From positions 192,001 to 256,000 of the forward strand of contig JBEKVV010000003.1 of NCBI GenBank assembly GCA_049513715.1: a stretch of DNA of 64,000 nucleotides, written 5' to 3'. The notes under the pieces are model-generated. The model was not told the DNA's origin and did no database searches. It saw nothing but the letters and a program-made list of their open reading frames with translations. Numbering within the stretch: position 1 is the stretch's first letter; every line of letters starts with the position of its first letter. Positions 49,684-59,857 of this stretch are shown piece by piece. The position numbers and the translations under genes are program-made. The stretch is from Candidatus Bathyarchaeia archaeon. GTDB taxonomy: Archaea > Thermoproteota > Bathyarchaeia > 40CM-2-53-6.

Positions 49684-51642
49684 TCAAGCGCAAATCGCCT
49701 CAACTTCTGCTAGTAGTTGGCGGTTTGTGAAGTTCTGTTGTTCAATTGCGCCTGACGGGCATGATGCGACGCAGACTCCGCATCCTTTGCAGAGAGCCAC
49801 TGTGATTTCTGCAACATTCTTTGTGCTGTCGAAGGTTATCGCGTTGTATGGGCATAGGCCGACGCAGATCTTGCAGCCGGAGCAGGACTCTTCGTCGATT
49901 AAGGCGACCGTGGGTTCCAGTTCCACTTCTTTCCTGTCGATGAGTGAGAGCGCGTTCGCTGCTGCGGCCGCCCCCTGAGCAACGCTGTCTGGAATATCCT
50001 TCGGACCTTGACAGGAGCCGGCAATGTATACGCCGTCGGCAGCTGTTGAGACTGGGGCGAGTTTCGGGTGCTTCTCCAAGAAGAAGCCATCCTTGCTTCG
50101 ACTAATCGAGAAGGTGTGGGCAACCTGAACTGCGTCTTTCCTTGGTTCCAAACCAAGGCTTAGTACGACCATGTCCACGGGTATCCTTCGAACAATGCCG
50201 AGAAGGGTGTCTTCTGCGACAACAACCAGTTTGCCCTTTTCGGATTGTTCTTGTGCTACATCAGTTACTTCAGCAACTCTGCCCCGGATGAAGGTGACAT
50301 CTTCTTCTAGCAGGCGCTTGTAGAATTCCTCATAGCCTTTCCCAAAGGCCCGCATGTCAATGTAAAACTCGTACACTTTCGCCTCAGTCTTCTCGTGCAC
50401 GAGGTGGGCTGTTTTCAGCGAATACATGCAGCAGACTCGGGAGCAGTACTCGTTGTAGTTCCTGTCTCGGCTTCCGACGCAGTGGACAATGGCCACGCTT
50501 TCTGGCGCTTTGCCGTTCTTGAGCAGTATCTTGCCGCCAGTTGGTCCAGAGGCGTGTGTGAGGCGCTCGAATTCCAGGCTTGTGATTACGTTGGGCAGCC
50601 TCTTGTAACCATATTCCTTGATGCGAGAGGGATCGAAGAGGTCGAAACCTGTGGCCAGAATTGCCGTGCCGACCTTCAAGTCCACGACTTTTTCCTTTTG
50701 ATCGAAATCGATGGCGCCACTCGGGCAGAATTTCTGGCAGACTTTGCAGACGCCCTTCGTGAAGTATAGGCAGTGTTCCCTATCGATTACAGGGGTGCTG
50801 GGAACAGCTTGCGGAAACGGCCTGTAAATTGCCTTTCTCTTTCCCATACCGCATTCGAATTCGCTTGGGACGCTTAATGGGCATTTGGTTTCGCAGGTGC
50901 CACAACCGTTGCATTTCTCCTCGTCGACGTACCGGGGTTTTCGGCGCACTGTTGCAGTGAAGTTGCCAACGTATCCTTGAAAACCGATAACCTCACTGTA
51001 TGACAGGAGGTCAATGTTCTCATGTTGGCCTACGAACACCATCTTTGGTGTGAGGATACAAGCAGCGCAGTCAAGCGTTGGGAACGTTTTGTCGAATCGT
51101 GCCATGTAGCCTCCGATCGTGGGCTCTTTCTCGACAAGGTACACGTGTTTTCCTGCATCTGCCAACTGTAATGCTGCTTCGATGCCGGTAATTCCGCCCC
51201 CCACGATCAGAACATTGGGGTCGACGGGAACTTTCTTGACTTCTATAGGCTCATTGTATGCGACCCGCATCACCGCGGCGCCAACAATCGCCTTCGCGCG
51301 CTCCGTAGCCAAGTGCCGGTCTTCCGTTATCCAAGAGCACTGTTCACGAATGTTGGCCATTTGAAACAGGAATGGATTGAGGCCCGCGTTGCCGACAGCG
51401 CGCCTGAAGGTTCCTTCATGCATTAGAGGGGAGCAGGATGCAACTACGACCCTGGTTAAGCTGAGTTCTCTGATGTCCTTCTTGATCATTTCTTGGCCGG
51501 GGTCGGAGCATGTGTATTGGTAATCTCGCGCGACTACTACGTCGGGGAGACCTTTGGCATAATCCGCTACTGCTTTGCAGTCGACCGTTTTTCCGATGTT
51601 TGTGCCGCAGTGGCAGACGTAGACGCCTATCTTTTCAGCCAT
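49684..51642 (-). CDS. hdrA: Heterodisulfide reductase subunit A
   Basis: CHCGTNI, NIREQC, DKTFPTLDC, CVGSRD..YCSRVCC, GPKDIP, C-terminal ferredoxin. Confidence 0.95.
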   Translation of the reverse strand: MAEKIGVYVCHCGTNIGKTVDCKAVADYAKGLPDVVVARDYQYTCSDPGQEMIKKDIRELSLTRVVVASCSPLMHEGTFRRAVGNAGLNPFLFQMANIREQCSWITEDRHLATERAKAIVGAAVMRVAYNEPIEVKKVPVDPNVLIVGGGITGIEAALQLADAGKHVYLVEKEPTIGGYMARFDKTFPTLDCAACILTPKMVFVGQHENIDLLSYSEVIGFQGYVGNFTATVRRKPRYVDEEKCNGCGTCETKCPLSVPSEFECGMGKRKAIYRPFPQAVPSTPVIDREHCLYFTKGVCKVCQKFCPSGAIDFDQKEKVVDLKVGTAILATGFDLFDPSRIKEYGYKRLPNVITSLEFERLTHASGPTGGKILLKNGKAPESVAIVHCVGSRDRNYNEYCSRVCCMYSLKTAHLVHEKTEAKVYEFYIDMRAFGKGYEEFYKRLLEEDVTFIRGRVAEVTDVAQEQSEKGKLVVVAEDTLLGIVRRIPVDMVVLSLGLEPRKDAVQVAHTFSISRSKDGFFLEKHPKLAPVSTAADGVYIAGSCQGPKDIPDSVAQGAAAAANALSLIDRKEVELEPTVALIDEESCSGCKICVGLCPYNAITFDSTKNVAEITVALCKGCGVCVASCPSGAIEQQNFTNRQLLAEVEAICA

Positions 51643-52536
51643 TTACCTCACAACCTCCAAGTACTTCTCCAAGACTGGTTGACTTGGAATAAGTTCCTCG
51701 TTGATGCCCAGCGCTTTTCTGGAGAAGCCGAATGCTAGGCCTATGAGCTGTGTGAAATACAGAATTGGAATGTTGTATTTGGTTCCGAAGAGTTTGTTGA
51801 CGTTGCCTTGGTAGGCCTCAAGGGTCATGTGACAAAGCGGGCAAATGGTACTAATCATCTCCGCTCCATTGTCGAGAGCATTTTGAATCAGCCCTCTTGC
51901 AAGGTTCAAACCAACTTTCTCACTCGTCATCGCCAGCATTCCACCGCAGCATTTCGCTTTCATCGGGAAGTTCACTGGTTCAACTCCGAGCCAAGTGAGT
52001 AATCTGTCGAGTAGCATGGGGAACTCTTTGTCGTCGATCTCTCCGAAAGGTCGCGTCAATTGGCAGCCATAATACGGTGCGACCTTTAGGCCTGAAAGGG
52101 ACCGCTTCACTCTGGCCTTGATTTCGTTCTCTCCAACATCGTTAACAATTACTTCTAGCAGGTGCCTGACCTTGACGGTTCCGAAGTATTGAAGGTTGGC
52201 GGCTCTGAGCGCAGACCCGATGGTTCTCTTGAGCCTCGGGTTCTCGCCCATGTAGTGGTTAGTCTTGTTTAGGGTTGTAAGGCAGGCTGGACAAACAACC
52301 ACTAGGTCTTTCTTTTCTTTCTCGGCTAAAGCCAGATTTCTTGCCGAAAGAAGATGAGATTTGAGCTCATCGATGGACATGTACGCGGACGCGCCGCAGC
52401 AATTCCAATCATCTAATTCCGAGATTTTGACATCGAGGGCCTTGCAAACTATCCGCGTGGATTTGTCGTAGGCTTTGTTCATGCCCTCGACCGAGCAACC
52501 GGGATAGTATGAGAAGTCAGATTGAGTGTGTGACAT
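51643..52536 (-). CDS. hdrB: Heterodisulfide reductase subunit B
   Basis: Two CCG domains (YPGC..WNCCG..CPAC; YYGC..CCG..CPLC). Confidence 0.93.
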   Translation of the reverse strand: MSHTQSDFSYYPGCSVEGMNKAYDKSTRIVCKALDVKISELDDWNCCGASAYMSIDELKSHLLSARNLALAEKEKKDLVVVCPACLTTLNKTNHYMGENPRLKRTIGSALRAANLQYFGTVKVRHLLEVIVNDVGENEIKARVKRSLSGLKVAPYYGCQLTRPFGEIDDKEFPMLLDRLLTWLGVEPVNFPMKAKCCGGMLAMTSEKVGLNLARGLIQNALDNGAEMISTICPLCHMTLEAYQGNVNKLFGTKYNIPILYFTQLIGLAFGFSRKALGINEELIPSQPVLEKYLEVVR

Positions 52537-52537
52537 C

Positions 52538-53155
52538 CTAGCTCGCCTTCTTGGCGCCAAGTCCAGGCCGCAATCCGGCAATCATTGGCTCTGACATGCT
52601 TCCGGCGCATTTCTTCAATTCTGAGGTTCCCCGAATCTTGTGGGGAATCATGGGCAACCTTCCACGCAGGAACAGTTTCGTGGCCCTTGGAATCATGTTG
52701 AGCATTGCGAACGGGTTCGTCTTCAGGTAGAACTTGCTGACAAGCTCTGTTTCCGAAATCCTACCGTATTTGTCAACAATGTTGACGAACAACTTGGAAA
52801 GTACTGGCGCCGCGGCTCTTTTTGGTGTGAGCCCGAACTCAATCGCGAGGCGTTTCAATTCGTACATTACATCGGTTAGCTTGATTCCTGAGGGGCATCG
52901 GACGGTGCATGAGTAGCATGATGCGCATAGCCAGATCGTGTTACTCTTCAACACTCGATCTAGCATTCCGGCTCTAAGTGCGGCGATCACTTCTCGTGGT
53001 GTGTAGTCCATCGCGTAGCTTGTGGGGCATGAGGCGCTACAGGTTCCGCATTGTATGCATTCTTTGATTTTTTCGCCGCCCGGGATCCGGTAAATGTCTT
53101 GAAGGAAGACTTCGCCCAGCGAGTGGGCTTGCCGATCGGGGTGAGCAAGGGCCAT
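52538..53155 (-). CDS. hdrC: Heterodisulfide reductase subunit C
   Basis: CIQCGTCSASCP and WLCASCYSCTVRCP. Confidence 0.93.
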   Translation of the reverse strand: MALAHPDRQAHSLGEVFLQDIYRIPGGEKIKECIQCGTCSASCPTSYAMDYTPREVIAALRAGMLDRVLKSNTIWLCASCYSCTVRCPSGIKLTDVMYELKRLAIEFGLTPKRAAAPVLSKLFVNIVDKYGRISETELVSKFYLKTNPFAMLNMIPRATKLFLRGRLPMIPHKIRGTSELKKCAGSMSEPMIAGLRPGLGAKKAS

Positions 53156-53210
53156 AGGTATCGCTACGCGATTAAGACGAAGATTTCGGGTATATGTGTA
53201 GCATATAGAA

Positions 53211-53558
53211 ATGCAAGACTGGTATAGCTTCGTAAGTACTAGTAAATACACTAAGTGCATAGCACTCCCACCAAACGCTCAAAGACCAATAATCACGCCC
53301 CACAACAGCGCAACGAAAACCTTGAGCCCATTACACCCAGACCAAATACTGAGAGTCTTAGAAATCACAGATTCACTCAACATACACCGAGAAACGGTCT
53401 TCATACCCCTACTAATGGAAAAGGCTGGATCTGCCATGATACTTCCCGACGGCCGCTTGCAGATAACTTGCCCCGACTCCGGGAACTTTGAGGAATGGCT
53501 CAACGAGCTGCGAGCGCAATTGGAAAAGATGGACCTATCGAAACTGAAGAAACGCTAG
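53211..53558 (+). CDS. Hypothetical protein; true start probably downstream
   Basis: Globular-looking C-terminal 78 aa; fills the gap between hdrC and proC. Confidence 0.5.
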   Translation: MQDWYSFVSTSKYTKCIALPPNAQRPIITPHNSATKTLSPLHPDQILRVLEITDSLNIHRETVFIPLLMEKAGSAMILPDGRLQITCPDSGNFEEWLNELRAQLEKMDLSKLKKR

Positions 53559-53595
53559 ATATCAACTCAACCCGCATGCGCAACTCTGGTGACAA

Positions 53596-54444
53596 TCATG
53601 CATGCTCACCCTCATTCGTGCTAACGGATGAGTTTCTGCCTTTGCCTAGGGACTTGCTGCGTTCATAGGCTGCCCAGATGGCCTTTGACAAAACTGTCCG
53701 CAAGCTTCCCTTCTCTAATTGGTATAGGGCTGCGGCGCTTGTTCCGCCTGGTGAAGTGACCAGGTTGCGTAACTCGGCGGGGTGTTTTCCCGACTTCATT
53801 GCATACATTATGGACCCACGCATCGTTTCAGTGACCAACTGGTATGCCACGTGCCGCGGGAAGCCCAAGTGGACGGCAGCGTCAACCATTGCCTCCATAA
53901 CCAAGAAAACATACGTGGGGCCCGTCCCACTGACGGCAGTTGCCATGTCTAAGAACTTCTCATCGCTCACGTAGAGCTCTTTGCCCAAGGCCTGTAAGAT
54001 CTCCCTAGCTTGTCTGAGTTGCTTTTTGCTTACGCTGCGAGTAGCAGTCCAGACGCTCATACCCTCTCCAATCTGCGCGGGCGTGTTAGGCATTACCCGG
54101 ACTACACTGCTATGTCCCACACCCTTGCCTATCGTCCCGACTCTCGCGCCAGCAACGATTGACATGATCATCTGTTCAGTTCGCAACGCGCCTTTCAGGC
54201 TCAATAGGACGCTGTCTAGGTCCTGAGGCTTTATCGAGAACACGAGTATCTTGCCGGACTTTGCTGCTTCACGGTTGTTCGCGGTGGTCTTGATTCCGTA
54301 CTTTTGCTCTAACTCTTTTCTGCGTTCTTGTCGCGGTTCTGCGACAGTAATTGACTTGTTGCTTAGGAGTTTTCTTGACAAAAGCCCTTGAACCATAGCT
54401 TCTGCCATGACACCGCCACCGATGAACGATACAGAGTCTAGCAA
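53596..54444 (-). CDS. proC: Pyrroline-5-carboxylate reductase
   Basis: FIGGGVM, IKPQ, RVMPNTP, SGTGP, VTSPGGT. Confidence 0.95.
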   Translation of the reverse strand: MLDSVSFIGGGVMAEAMVQGLLSRKLLSNKSITVAEPRQERRKELEQKYGIKTTANNREAAKSGKILVFSIKPQDLDSVLLSLKGALRTEQMIMSIVAGARVGTIGKGVGHSSVVRVMPNTPAQIGEGMSVWTATRSVSKKQLRQAREILQALGKELYVSDEKFLDMATAVSGTGPTYVFLVMEAMVDAAVHLGFPRHVAYQLVTETMRGSIMYAMKSGKHPAELRNLVTSPGGTSAAALYQLEKGSLRTVLSKAIWAAYERSKSLGKGRNSSVSTNEGEHA

Positions 54445-54543
54445 TTTGTTGAATTCCAGTCTGCGAGGGCTTCTAGATACATGTAGGTCTGGAAGATTAG
54501 AGTGGTGCTTCCCCGCTCTTTTGAGTGTGGCGAATGGCCGACG

Positions 54544-55626
54544 CTAACGAGTTGCCCAGCTTAGGATTGTTTCCTGGTGTGTGTCTGTGCTCTTCAGGTT
54601 TGATACTCGGACGCCGATCAATCGGATTTTCTTCGGCGATGCTTCGAATTCAGCAAACAGGGCCCTAACGAACTCCTCAATGATGGCTCTTTCGTCGGTG
54701 AATCTCCAATGTGACCGGGCGCGAGTGAAGGTTGTGAAGTCTTCCAATCGAACCTTAATGCCTACGGTTCGAAAGAGCATGTTCTGTGACAGAGCTCGGG
54801 TGTGAACGTCTTCGATCAATGAGGCAAATGCTTCCTTCACCTTTCCCTTGTCTGCTACGTCTTCTTCGAATGTGGTTTCGGTGCTGATGGATTTGATTGA
54901 GTATGATGCAACTACTTCCTCTTCATCCATTCCGTTTGCAACCTGCCATAGCCGCGTTCCCCACTTTCCGAAAAACTCCGTAAGTTTCCCCGGGTGTGTC
55001 GATGCTAGCTCCCCAATTGTGCTAATCCCCATCTGCTTGAGAAGGTCCGTGCTCTTCTTGCCGATTCCACTGATTTTGCTTGCGGGCAAGGGTGCAAGGA
55101 ATTCCTTCGCTCTCTCCGGTGTGACTACTGTTAGTCCGTCTGGTTTTTTGTAGTCCGAGGCGATTTTGGCTATGGACTTGTTCGGAGCGATCCCCACTGA
55201 ACCTGTCAGCTGTGTCTTTTCTTTGACTTCCTGCTTTATTCTCGTTCCTAGGGTTGCGGCTTCTTCGAAGCTGGACACCTTTCCAGTAACATCCATGAAG
55301 GCTTCATCGATGCTCATCTGCTCAAACTTAACAGCAAACTGACTGAGAATCCGCATGACTTCCTCGGAGGCACGCTCGTAGAGCTCGTAGTTCAGCGGCA
55401 GGTAGACGCCGTCAGGGCAGAGCCGGTAAGCTTGTGAAATCGGTAAAGCTGACCGCACGCCATACTTTCGTGCCTCGTAGGAACACCCAGCAACCACTCC
55501 TCGTCCCTTTCCGCCTTTCGGGTCCGCGCCGACGATCACAGGTTTTCCTTTCAAGCTTGGATTTTCGCGCTGCTCGACTGATGAATAGAAAGCGTCCATG
55601 TCAATGTGCATAATCACCTTAAGCAA
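54544..55626 (-). CDS. dinB: Y-family DNA polymerase IV
   Basis: HIDMDAFY.SVE, SYEAR, SIDEAF, AKIASD..KPDG. Confidence 0.95.
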   Translation of the reverse strand: MLKVIMHIDMDAFYSSVEQRENPSLKGKPVIVGADPKGGKGRGVVAGCSYEARKYGVRSALPISQAYRLCPDGVYLPLNYELYERASEEVMRILSQFAVKFEQMSIDEAFMDVTGKVSSFEEAATLGTRIKQEVKEKTQLTGSVGIAPNKSIAKIASDYKKPDGLTVVTPERAKEFLAPLPASKISGIGKKSTDLLKQMGISTIGELASTHPGKLTEFFGKWGTRLWQVANGMDEEEVVASYSIKSISTETTFEEDVADKGKVKEAFASLIEDVHTRALSQNMLFRTVGIKVRLEDFTTFTRARSHWRFTDERAIIEEFVRALFAEFEASPKKIRLIGVRVSNLKSTDTHQETILSWATR

Positions 55627-55650
55627 CGCTTCTTCCTCACATTTCAAGCG

Positions 55651-55664
55651 TAGCACTAGTGCTA
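55651..55664. promoter_or_regulatory. Perfect 14-bp palindrome TAGCACTAGTGCTA upstream of dinB
   Basis: Seen directly; about 25 bp upstream of the probable start. Confidence 0.4.
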
Positions 55665-55978
55665 TTCATCTCTTCTTTTGTTGAGACGAGCGGGTAACGG
55701 GTGTGACTCCGGATACTAGTTGGAAGAGACACCTATCTTCTCATAGGCGGACCCTCGCCTTGGCAGTATATTGTGAAAGTGTTCCGCTATCCGGGACTTT
55801 TCTTGCTTATGGCTCTCTGCTGCGCTCTCTCGAAAGTCCTAATGTCAAAACTAAGGCAATCAGCATTGGGTCACCACAATGGCCTAGTGACAATTCATGA
55901 CTGAGGCGTAGACCTAATTCCACCCATTGGAGGGCTACAAGAAATCTTAAGATGCCTATTTGTTCCTAGGCAGATCGG

Positions 55979-57067
55979 TTGGCCTTGAGGTATCTCATAC
56001 TCGTCCTCGCCGTGCTCGTATGCTTTTCGATGACCACTGCCATCCCTCTCGCATCCTCTGCCGTACACGGTCAGCTTGTCCTTGCCCCCTCATCGAGCGG
56101 TTGGGATAGCGATTCGATATGGAGGCCCTCCGTCGTTAAGATTGGGTCTAGGTTCATGATGTGGTATTCTGGTGAGAGCAATTCCATCGGCAACATCGGT
56201 CTTGCAACTTCAACCGACGGCCTAGCGTGGACTCCTTACCCGCAGAATCCTGTTCTAACACCTGGAGCGAGCGGCGAATGGGACGGGAATTCAGTAATTG
56301 AGGCATGGGTCATCTATGACCAGGGTCAGTATAAGATGTGGTACGGTGGACAAACATGGACTCCAACGAATCAGTTGAACTCCTTTCAAATCGGCTACGC
56401 CACCTCCCTAGATGGGATCCATTGGACTAAGTACTCCGGCAATCCGGTCTTCACACCAGGCCCAGCCGGTTCTTGGGATTCCATGTGGGTGTACAGGCCC
56501 ATAGTCATTGTGACCGGATCCTCATATCTAATGTTCTACCAAGGTAGTTCACAAAGTGGTGGAGGCCGAGGCATAGCAACATCATCTGATGGCATACATT
56601 GGAGCCGAATAGGCGTGATCAACCTGCCAACATCAACCTGGGATTCCTACCGCCAACGTGTGACAGGAGTGATGGAAGGAGCGGGAGGCTTTCTCATGGC
56701 GTTTGATGGCTGGACTGGAACCGACGCGGACCCAACGGACATCGGTCTTGCATCTTCAACCGATGGAACCAACTGGACTCCTTACCCCGACAACCCAGTA
56801 ATCACTGCGAGAAGTTCAACCTGGGACGGAGGCGGAATCGGTTATCCTATGGTAGTACTTGTAAACAACCAGTACTACGTGTACTTCAGTGCCTATCCAG
56901 CAAACTCACTCAACAAAAATATTGGAGTAGCAGTGCTGCCCGCGTCTCAATACCCAATCCCCGAATACACATCAATGCAGTTCATGCTTGTCGGAGCAGT
57001 CTTGGCAACCGCGGGTTGCCTAGCATTCCTAAATCGCGAAGCACGAGCGAAACACCGTCCTAGATAA
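55979..57067 (+). CDS. Secreted five-bladed beta-propeller glycosidase-like protein with PEF-CTERM-like tail (paralogue of 23969-25099)
   Basis: Signal peptide, IGLATS.DG..W blades, IPEY followed by a TM helix and basic tail. Confidence 0.75.
   Translation: MALRYLILVLAVLVCFSMTTAIPLASSAVHGQLVLAPSSSGWDSDSIWRPSVVKIGSRFMMWYSGESNSIGNIGLATSTDGLAWTPYPQNPVLTPGASGEWDGNSVIEAWVIYDQGQYKMWYGGQTWTPTNQLNSFQIGYATSLDGIHWTKYSGNPVFTPGPAGSWDSMWVYRPIVIVTGSSYLMFYQGSSQSGGGRGIATSSDGIHWSRIGVINLPTSTWDSYRQRVTGVMEGAGGFLMAFDGWTGTDADPTDIGLASSTDGTNWTPYPDNPVITARSSTWDGGGIGYPMVVLVNNQYYVYFSAYPANSLNKNIGVAVLPASQYPIPEYTSMQFMLVGAVLATAGCLAFLNREARAKHRPR
56193..56787 (+). repeat. Intragenic direct repeat of about 49 bp (56193-56241 vs 56739-56787)
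   Basis: ACATCGGTCTTGCA.CTTCAACCGA.GG......TGGACTCCTTACCC in both copies. Confidence 0.7.
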
Positions 57068-57126
57068 CAGATCACCTGATCTTCGGGCATAGCTCGCTCT
57101 GACCGCTACGCGAATTCGCGTAAGCC

Positions 57127-57711
57127 CTAAGCGTAGGTCTTTACTAGAGTGTCGAGTTTCGCGACGGCTTGGTTTGTTACGATTTTCTTTATGTCGTTGC
57201 CTTGGTGGTCTTGCGTTACGAGTAGTGGTCCGAAGTCTTTCACTTCCCAGATCCATACGAGTTCGGTTGGGCCCAGTTCCTCTAAGAGCCTCTTCTTGAC
57301 CTTCACGATTTTTGAGACGGCCAGTGCTGATGCTCCACCGGTGAATTCCGAGTACACTGCTCCGAAGTTCGCCAAGCCTTTCTTCCCGACTTCCCCGAGC
57401 CCACCTTTACCTATGATGATTTTCGTCTTGTATTTCTCAAGGACTGGTGGGGTGAGTGCGTCCATTCTGGTGCTCGTAGTGGGGCCTCCGGCCACTATTG
57501 TCCATTCTTCTCCTTTCTTTTGTGCAATGGGGCCACAGTGGAATATTGGAAGTCCAACCACATCTTGAATGAAGTTGTCTGGTTCGAGCAGCTTCTTGTG
57601 CGCCTGGTCTCTGGCTATGACAATGTCACCAGTCACGAAGAGCACGTCGCCAGCTTTGATTTCAGAGACACGATTGTTGTCTTCTGGAACTTTCAGTCTG
57701 AATTCTGTCAT
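57127..57711 (-). CDS. Class I fumarate hydratase beta subunit
   Basis: ARDQAH, HCGP, GPTTSTRM, IGKGG, FGPL. Confidence 0.92.
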   Translation of the reverse strand: MTEFRLKVPEDNNRVSEIKAGDVLFVTGDIVIARDQAHKKLLEPDNFIQDVVGLPIFHCGPIAQKKGEEWTIVAGGPTTSTRMDALTPPVLEKYKTKIIIGKGGLGEVGKKGLANFGAVYSEFTGGASALAVSKIVKVKKRLLEELGPTELVWIWEVKDFGPLLVTQDHQGNDIKKIVTNQAVAKLDTLVKTYA

Positions 57712-57718
57712 TTCTGTT

Positions 57719-58582
57719 TCACCTGACCACCTTGAAATGCTCGCCTTTGAGCTCGGCTACGGCTACTCTGTTTGCCCAGCATGCGAAGGAGATTGCGATG
57801 GGAAGGCAAGCCGTATGGGTCCCTGCAGTCTCAATGTGGACATCGAGAACCGTTATATCACCGCCTAACCCCATGGTTCCGATTCCGAGCTCATTGATCG
57901 CCTTGACCAATGACTCCTCAAATTTTGCAATCTCAGGGTCCGGGTGACGCGTTCCAAGCGGCCTGAGCAATCCGAGCTTCGAGTTGAGCATTGCGTGAAC
58001 CGCCGACCCACCTATTCCAATTCCTAGGATGTTCGGTGGGCACGTCTTTCCTCCAGCGTCGATAACCACTTGGAGAATGTGCTTGAAGATATCTTGCCGG
58101 CTAGCGGTTGGAACCATCATCTTCAGGTTCGTGAAATTCTCTGAACCTGCACCTTTCAAAATCATTTTCATCATCGTCTTCTTAGTTGACTTGTCTATCA
58201 AAATCTCGGGTTCATTCAACCCGGTATTCGTTCCCGTATTCTTCCGGGTCAGGGGGTTAACGACGTTTGCCCGCATTCCACCCTTTGCTGTAAGGCCTTG
58301 AACACTATGCTCCAGGGCTTTCTCGACTTCATCGAGATGGTTGATGAGCTCTCCGGATATGAAGAGGGTGACGAGTCCTGTGTCTTGGCATAGGGGTATG
58401 TGTTTCTCGTCGCTCAAGTTGGCGCTGTTCAAAATAGCTTCTAGCTGCTTCTTCGCTATATCCTTCGTTTCATGAGCGTGCGCTTGCTTGATGGCGTCTT
58501 GAATGTCGTTTGGCAACTGTGTCGTTGTGTGAACCAGCATTTCGCTCAAGACGGGTTGCAGTTCCTTCGCCGTAAACTCCAT
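57719..58582 (-). CDS. Class I fumarate hydratase alpha subunit
   Basis: PLCQDTG, KGAGSEN, CPP..GIGIGG, G.MGLGG, CWA.R. Confidence 0.92.
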   Translation of the reverse strand: MEFTAKELQPVLSEMLVHTTTQLPNDIQDAIKQAHAHETKDIAKKQLEAILNSANLSDEKHIPLCQDTGLVTLFISGELINHLDEVEKALEHSVQGLTAKGGMRANVVNPLTRKNTGTNTGLNEPEILIDKSTKKTMMKMILKGAGSENFTNLKMMVPTASRQDIFKHILQVVIDAGGKTCPPNILGIGIGGSAVHAMLNSKLGLLRPLGTRHPDPEIAKFEESLVKAINELGIGTMGLGGDITVLDVHIETAGTHTACLPIAISFACWANRVAVAELKGEHFKVVR

Positions 58583-58746
58583 TTAGGCCACCTGTAATCC
58601 GAGGAACCACTTGCCGGCTACACGACTTATGCAGCGCGTCATTATTGCCTGTAGAATATATTCGAAAGGCCCACCCTTGACAGAGTGGAGGCCTGAAGAG
58701 GCGCCCATAAGCTAGAGATACCATACGCTCCATCTGAGATGGGAAC

Positions 58747-59073
58747 TTGGGTGGGAAGATTCACAAGGCTACTATAGGCAACCTACGGGAGATTCTTCGC
58801 GGCGGAAAGCCTGTAGTTGTGGACTTCTGGGCTGGATGGTGTCACCCATGCCATGTAATGGCGCCGATTTTGAGAGGCTTGGCGAAGGAGTATGATGACC
58901 GAATAGTGTTCGCAAAAGTAGATGTCGAGAACAACAAAGACCTAGCTAATCAGTTCAACATCAAGAGCATACCTACAATGGTATTCTTCAAGAAAGGGAA
59001 GGAGTGGGACAGGTTGAGCGGCGTAAAGGGCCGAGCAGAACTGAACAAAATCCTGGAGAAACTCTCAGAATAA
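58747..59073 (+). CDS. trxA: Thioredoxin
   Basis: DFWAGWCHPC, SIPT. Confidence 0.92.
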   Translation: MGGKIHKATIGNLREILRGGKPVVVDFWAGWCHPCHVMAPILRGLAKEYDDRIVFAKVDVENNKDLANQFNIKSIPTMVFFKKGKEWDRLSGVKGRAELNKILEKLSE

Positions 59074-59143
59074 CCTTGTTTGTCAGATCCGCGAAACCAA
59101 CCCGGGAAAGACTGCGGCTGCCGAAGGTGTGGCCAGAGACGAT

Positions 59144-59857
59144 TCAGTGTTTGAATCGAACGGTTTTTCGTTTGAGTTGTTGTATGAAGTTGGTTGGGTT
59201 TAGTTTCTTGGGGCATGCGTCGGCGCAGTTGAACACTGTGTGGCACCTCCACACTCCATTCTCGCAGCCAATCAACCGCAATCGTTCAGCTCGGGTCCCG
59301 TCTCTTGTGTCGTTGATGAAGCGTGCGGCCTTGAGGAAAGCTGCGGGCCCAGGATAACTTTCGTTAGTCCAGCTCATTGGGCATGCTGAGTAGCAGGCGG
59401 CACAGTCGATGCAATCTATCGCAGTATCAATCGTTTCCCGATCTTTGATCGACTGGAGGAACTCTTTTTCTGGGTAAGGCTCGGGGCCTTCGAAGTACGG
59501 TTTTATCATCTCGATCTTATGGAAGAATGGGCGCAGGTCAACCACAAGGTCCCGAATCACTGGCAAGTGAGGTAAGGGGGCAACCGTGATTTCGTTTCCG
59601 AGTGTGCTTACTTGGGTGTTGCACGCCAATCTTTGGCGACCGTTGATGAACATTGCGCAGCTCCCGCAGACAGCGCTCCTGCATGACGACCGGAAGGCCA
59701 GTAGTCGGTCTTGGTGATCCAGAACTTGGTATAGCGCGTCTAACACTGTCATTCTGGGTTTGACGGGAACTTCGAACGTGTCGTAGCGCGGCTCGGTGTC
59801 GGTTTTTGGGTCGAAGCGTTGAATCTTCAAGCGAATTGTTTCTAGTGCTTGGGTCAA
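59144..59857 (-). CDS. sdhB: Succinate dehydrogenase/fumarate reductase iron-sulfur subunit
   Basis: SCRSAVCGSC, CIDCAACYSACP, WRCHTVFNCADACP. Confidence 0.95.
   Translation of the reverse strand: MTQALETIRLKIQRFDPKTDTEPRYDTFEVPVKPRMTVLDALYQVLDHQDRLLAFRSSCRSAVCGSCAMFINGRQRLACNTQVSTLGNEITVAPLPHLPVIRDLVVDLRPFFHKIEMIKPYFEGPEPYPEKEFLQSIKDRETIDTAIDCIDCAACYSACPMSWTNESYPGPAAFLKAARFINDTRDGTRAERLRLIGCENGVWRCHTVFNCADACPKKLNPTNFIQQLKRKTVRFKH

Noticed and set aside
46824..51642. Selenocysteine in MvhA, MvhD or HdrA
   Set aside because: All ligand positions are Cys; the TGA ending mvhA follows a normal C-terminal tail and is not at a Cys position
46344..53155. Methanogenesis inferred from hdr-mvh
   Set aside because: Hdr-Mvh is widespread in non-methanogens and no mcr or mtr genes are visible
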